Source: Minisyncoccia bacterium
GTDB taxonomy: Bacteria; Patescibacteriota; Minisyncoccia; Phycocordibacterales; UBA9973
DNA: 64,000 nt
Assembly: GCA_049287305.1 (NCBI GenBank)
Contig: JBAQFO010000014.1
Coordinates: forward strand, 128,453 to 192,452
Direction of reading: 5' to 3'
Below the pieces are notes generated by a model. That model was not told the origin of the DNA. It was given only the letters and a program-made list of their open reading frames with translations, and ran no database searches. Position numbers and translations under genes: made by a program. This document shows positions 60,958-64,000 of the stretch, piece after piece; position 1 is the stretch's first letter; each line of letters starts with the position of its first letter.

Positions 60958-61062
60958 ATCATCAAAAAATTAAAGTTATATAATTTTTTAGAATGGTCTG
61001 GCTGGGATAGGGACCCAGGAACCCGAGGACCTTATAAAAAATTGATATAACTTTAATTTTAT

Positions 61063-61284
61063 TTACTTTTTTGCCTTAGCAGAAGAAGCCGCTTGTCGCT
61101 TTTTGAATCGTTCTACACGGCCAGCAGTATCCATTATTTTTTCGTTTCCAGTATAAAAAGGGTGGCATTGGCTGCAGATTTCCATTGCAATAGAAGGCAT
61201 AGTGGAACCAACCTCAAAAACCGCTCCGCAGGCGCAGGTCGCTTTTGTCTTTAAATCATATTTTGGGTGTGTTGCTTTTTTCAT
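61063..61284 (-). CDS. rpmE: 50S ribosomal protein L31
   Basis: [11 protein letters not shown]...CACGAVF...[10 protein letters not shown]. Confidence 0.9.
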   Translation of the reverse strand: MKKATHPKYDLKTKATCACGAVFEVGSTMPSIAMEICSQCHPFYTGNEKIMDTAGRVERFKKRQAASSAKAKK

Positions 61285-61307
61285 AACTTTTTTAGGTTAT
61301 CACACAA

Positions 61308-62696
61308 TTATTGATTAAGCAAATCTATATTAGCTTGAATTTTGGCTTTGTGGGACATTACCCCGTTGCTGTAACCGCACGTAGTTCCTCCGGAACCGTA
61401 ATATCTGCATGCCGCTTTATGTTGAAGAGCGGCACTTGTGCCGACAGCTCCCAAATCCGTTAAATACATAGCTGAGGCCATAAAGGCGTCTTTTGGAGCC
61501 CAAGGATTAGCGTCATACCCCAGTAAAGTCTTCAATCGTCCTTCAAAGAGCGTCCAGGTAGTGGGAATAAATTGCGCGGGTCCCATGGCTCCTCCGTATC
61601 CCGCCACTCCGGCGATAGGACAAGAAACAGCTGTCTGATTCCACACAAGTCCGAGCTTGGCGGTAATTCTTAGAAAATCATCAACATCTCCTTTTCTTCC
61701 GGCCATCCCCATAGGCTTCATTACATTCGCAAAGGCAGTTCCAGTATTTTTACCTACCCCCGCTCCCGTCGTCTGATTAGTCAAATAACACTGCCCCACA
61801 TTTGAACCCAGATTGCTTTCTTGAGTAAGTATTGCCAAAAGGAACGCCGGCTCAATCCCAGTCAACTTTTGCGCATCATTGGCGTAAGTAAGCGCTGTTC
61901 CGAAGTCAATCTTCGTTGAAATCCCGGCAAGCGGGAATAATGCAGCGCGAATTCTATCTGCCTGCACCTTCTTTTCAGCGGCAAGCTTCAAATAAGCAGC
62001 CTCAGTTTGCTGGCTTATGGATAGAAGTTTTTTCTTTTCGGCCTCCGATACGGAAACTTTCTGCTGAGCATTTTCCAGTTCCGCTTTTGCATCCGTCTCC
62101 GCGTCTTGTTTTTTTTCTAAATCTTGTTTTGCAATTTCCGTCTCTGTTTTGACTCCTCGGATGGTATCTACGGAATTTTTAACCGCTTGCTTGATAGAAG
62201 CATAGGATTCCACGTCGCTGTAAAAATTGGAAACGCTTTCGTCCGAAAGGATAAGGTGAACCATATTTTCGTTATCAAACTCGTTCGTATTTCTTAACAG
62301 CTGAGCGAGAGATTGGTGTTCCTTTTTTATTTTTTGAGAAAGAGAATTAATGGTGTTATTCTTTTCGGCTATGTGAACTTTCAGCTGGGCAATAACCAAA
62401 GCCCTGGCTTTCACCTTGGTCTTGAGGGCGTTAATCTGGCTTGTCAGGTAATTGACATCTCCTTTAAGAGTGCCTGTTTGCTTCTGCTGTTCTTTTTGCT
62501 TCTGCAGAAGTTCCGCTAGCTGGGCTTCTATTTGGCTTAGTTCCTTACGGCAATAGTCTTTATCGGACTCGCTGGAAGAAGAGGTGAGCTTCATGCAGTC
62601 AAAAGCGGCATTTGAAGTATGCTTTAAAGGGTTCCAAAATAAAGATATTATTACAATAAAAAAAGCTATGACCGTATTTCTCACCATAGCTTCCAT
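61308..62696 (-). CDS. Secreted coiled-coil protein with C-terminal lytic-transglycosylase (SLT-like) domain
   Basis: Signal/TM segment, a long coiled coil, then AILTQESNLGS (catalytic-Glu context) and AMYL motifs. Confidence 0.5.
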   Translation of the reverse strand: MEAMVRNTVIAFFIVIISLFWNPLKHTSNAAFDCMKLTSSSSESDKDYCRKELSQIEAQLAELLQKQKEQQKQTGTLKGDVNYLTSQINALKTKVKARALVIAQLKVHIAEKNNTINSLSQKIKKEHQSLAQLLRNTNEFDNENMVHLILSDESVSNFYSDVESYASIKQAVKNSVDTIRGVKTETEIAKQDLEKKQDAETDAKAELENAQQKVSVSEAEKKKLLSISQQTEAAYLKLAAEKKVQADRIRAALFPLAGISTKIDFGTALTYANDAQKLTGIEPAFLLAILTQESNLGSNVGQCYLTNQTTGAGVGKNTGTAFANVMKPMGMAGRKGDVDDFLRITAKLGLVWNQTAVSCPIAGVAGYGGAMGPAQFIPTTWTLFEGRLKTLLGYDANPWAPKDAFMASAMYLTDLGAVGTSAALQHKAACRYYGSGGTTCGYSNGVMSHKAKIQANIDLLNQ

Positions 62697-62726
62697 TATA
62701 TCATATTTTGAGAGAAAGTTAGTATT

Positions 62727-63395
62727 TTAACCTGCTTTTTCCTCCTTAGCGGGAGCTTCCGCGCCTGCTTCACCTTCCTCTTCTTTCTTGCCTTTCTTCT
62801 CTACTTCAATAGCGGACAAATCAACAGGCGCAACTTCTTCCTCTTTCTCTTCCACTTGAGCCACGATAGAAGCAACCACGTCTGTTCCCTCTGTGATTGC
62901 AACTACTCCTGCCGGTAATTTAATGTCGGAAACAACCACGCTGTCTTCCAGAGTATTAAGCGAAGAAACGTCTACTGTGAGGTTGTGAGGAAGGTCAGCA
63001 GGAAGAGCCTCCACTTCTATTTCGTGAAGCACTTTAACGAGGTTTCCGATTCCGCTCTTTACCGCGCCCGCAATGCCGTCAAAGACAAGCGGAACTTTAA
63101 CGTGTATCTTTTTCTTCATATCTATCGCCAGGAAATCAGCGTGTATCGGCTCGCCGGTTATGGGGTCTACCTGGACTTCGTGGATAAGGACATCAACTCC
63201 TCCTTCTGGCATGTCTATCTTAACAGCGGAAGATTCTCCCGCATCTCTCCAGATTTTCTTAAATTCTACTTTAGAAAGCGCAATATGGGTGGTTTCTTTT
63301 CCGGCACCGTAAAAAACAGCCGGGATGTCCCCTGCTTTTCGAATAACTTCTAGTTTTTCTCCCCCTGCTCTCTTTTTAGCTTTTATTGCGAACAT
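62727..63395 (-). CDS. rplY: 50S ribosomal protein L25 / Ctc form with acidic tail
   Basis: L25 N-domain profile and an E/K-rich C-terminus. Confidence 0.7.
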   Translation of the reverse strand: MFAIKAKKRAGGEKLEVIRKAGDIPAVFYGAGKETTHIALSKVEFKKIWRDAGESSAVKIDMPEGGVDVLIHEVQVDPITGEPIHADFLAIDMKKKIHVKVPLVFDGIAGAVKSGIGNLVKVLHEIEVEALPADLPHNLTVDVSSLNTLEDSVVVSDIKLPAGVVAITEGTDVVASIVAQVEEKEEEVAPVDLSAIEVEKKGKKEEEGEAGAEAPAKEEKAG

Positions 63396-63431
63396 GAATA
63401 CATTATATATAAAAACCGGAAAATTGCAAAT

Positions 63432-64000
63432 CTAAACGGAATGCTTGGCGTCATGCTCCACCGCCACGTGTGAAGCAATATATTCCTTCGTGCCTCCAGT
63501 GCTTTTCGTGGGAACTTTCTTCCCGGCGTTAAAAATATTTTGGGGATCAAACATGGTCTTTATTTTTCTGAAAACTTCCAGCATGTTGTCTCCATACATT
63601 TTACCCAGGTAGGGGGTGCGAATAAGTCCGTCATTGTGTTCGGCCGACATGGAGCCATGATATTTCATCACTAGGTCAAAAACTTTTTCTCCCACCTCCA
63701 AAATAGTTTTGGCTGTGTCTTTCCGCTTGAAGTCCATAAGCGGAATCACGTGGAAATTCCCATCTCCCGCGTGCCCAGCTAAAGTAAAAACCAATTTGGA
63801 TTTATATTGGTCCAATATATCCTTGAGCTCCGGAACGAACTTGGGCAAAAATTCCGGACGCACAATGACATCATCCACGAAGGGTGCCGTTCTCATTCCG
63901 CGAACATGCTTCCGCAGGAGGGCAAAACTCTCCCGCCGGATATCCCAATATTTATTGGCCTCTACCTCTGACTCCGTTATGTGAACTTTGAGTTTGAAAT
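63432..64000 (-). CDS. FAD-linked oxidase (GlcD/D-lactate dehydrogenase-like), C-terminal part; N-terminus lies beyond the window end
   Basis: FAD-oxidase C-domain motif GHAGDGNFH. The reading frame stays open through to 64000. Confidence 0.65.
   Translation of the reverse strand, partial: FKLKVHITESEVEANKYWDIRRESFALLRKHVRGMRTAPFVDDVIVRPEFLPKFVPELKDILDQYKSKLVFTLAGHAGDGNFHVIPLMDFKRKDTAKTILEVGEKVFDLVMKYHGSMSAEHNDGLIRTPYLGKMYGDNMLEVFRKIKTMFDPQNIFNAGKKVPTKSTGGTKEYIASHVAVEHDAKHSV

Overview
This window reads as a low-GC, gene-dense bacterial chromosome segment, about 85% of it on the minus strand. It has small compact genes, a short dnaX, orphan purL/purA/guaB, and a sortase with an LPXTG substrate. 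This fits a small-genome lineage such as Patescibacteria/CPR, though that lineage call is inference only. Core genes present: a purine cluster (purL, purA, guaB), serS, dprA, topA, a short rel, parB, murA, miaA, ddl, rseP, frr, holB, dnaX, mreB, a priA-like gene, rsmI, a complete F1Fo ATP synthase operon (atpI-like, B, E, F, H, A, G, D, C), prfA, rpmE, rpmG, rplY, and tRNA-Gln, tRNA-Leu, tRNA-Trp and tRNA-Ile. Features that look accessory or unusual: (a) five short GC-rich single-gene islands sit in the AT-rich backbone (15.4-16.5, 26.9-27.8, 48.06-48.5, 57.84-58.46 and 59.17-59.88 kb), and two of them are preceded by a duplicated ~60-bp module of terminator hairpin plus consensus TTGACA-N18-TATAAT promoter. 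(b) A canonical type-III hammerhead ribozyme motif (UUC^ / stem I / CUGAUGA / stem II / GAAA / stem III) lies on the minus strand at 57791-57847, in the 3' region of one GC-rich gene. (c) A tRNA-Gln-associated accessory patch holds an OLD-family ABC-ATPase+Toprim nuclease (defence-type), a 5'-truncated large serine recombinase abutting a GC-rich TrxR-like fragment, a small GIY-YIG gene, and a partial tRNA-Gln 5' duplicate carrying a 40-nt GC hairpin insertion. (d) There are two paralogous ~570-aa cysteine-rich proteins with internally duplicated CxxC/NC modules between terminal zinc ribbons (one at the window start, one at 40.8-42.5 kb). (e) An ECF sigma / DUF5667-like anti-sigma / LPXTG repeat protein / sortase operon is present. 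No CRISPR array, rRNA or transposase was seen.
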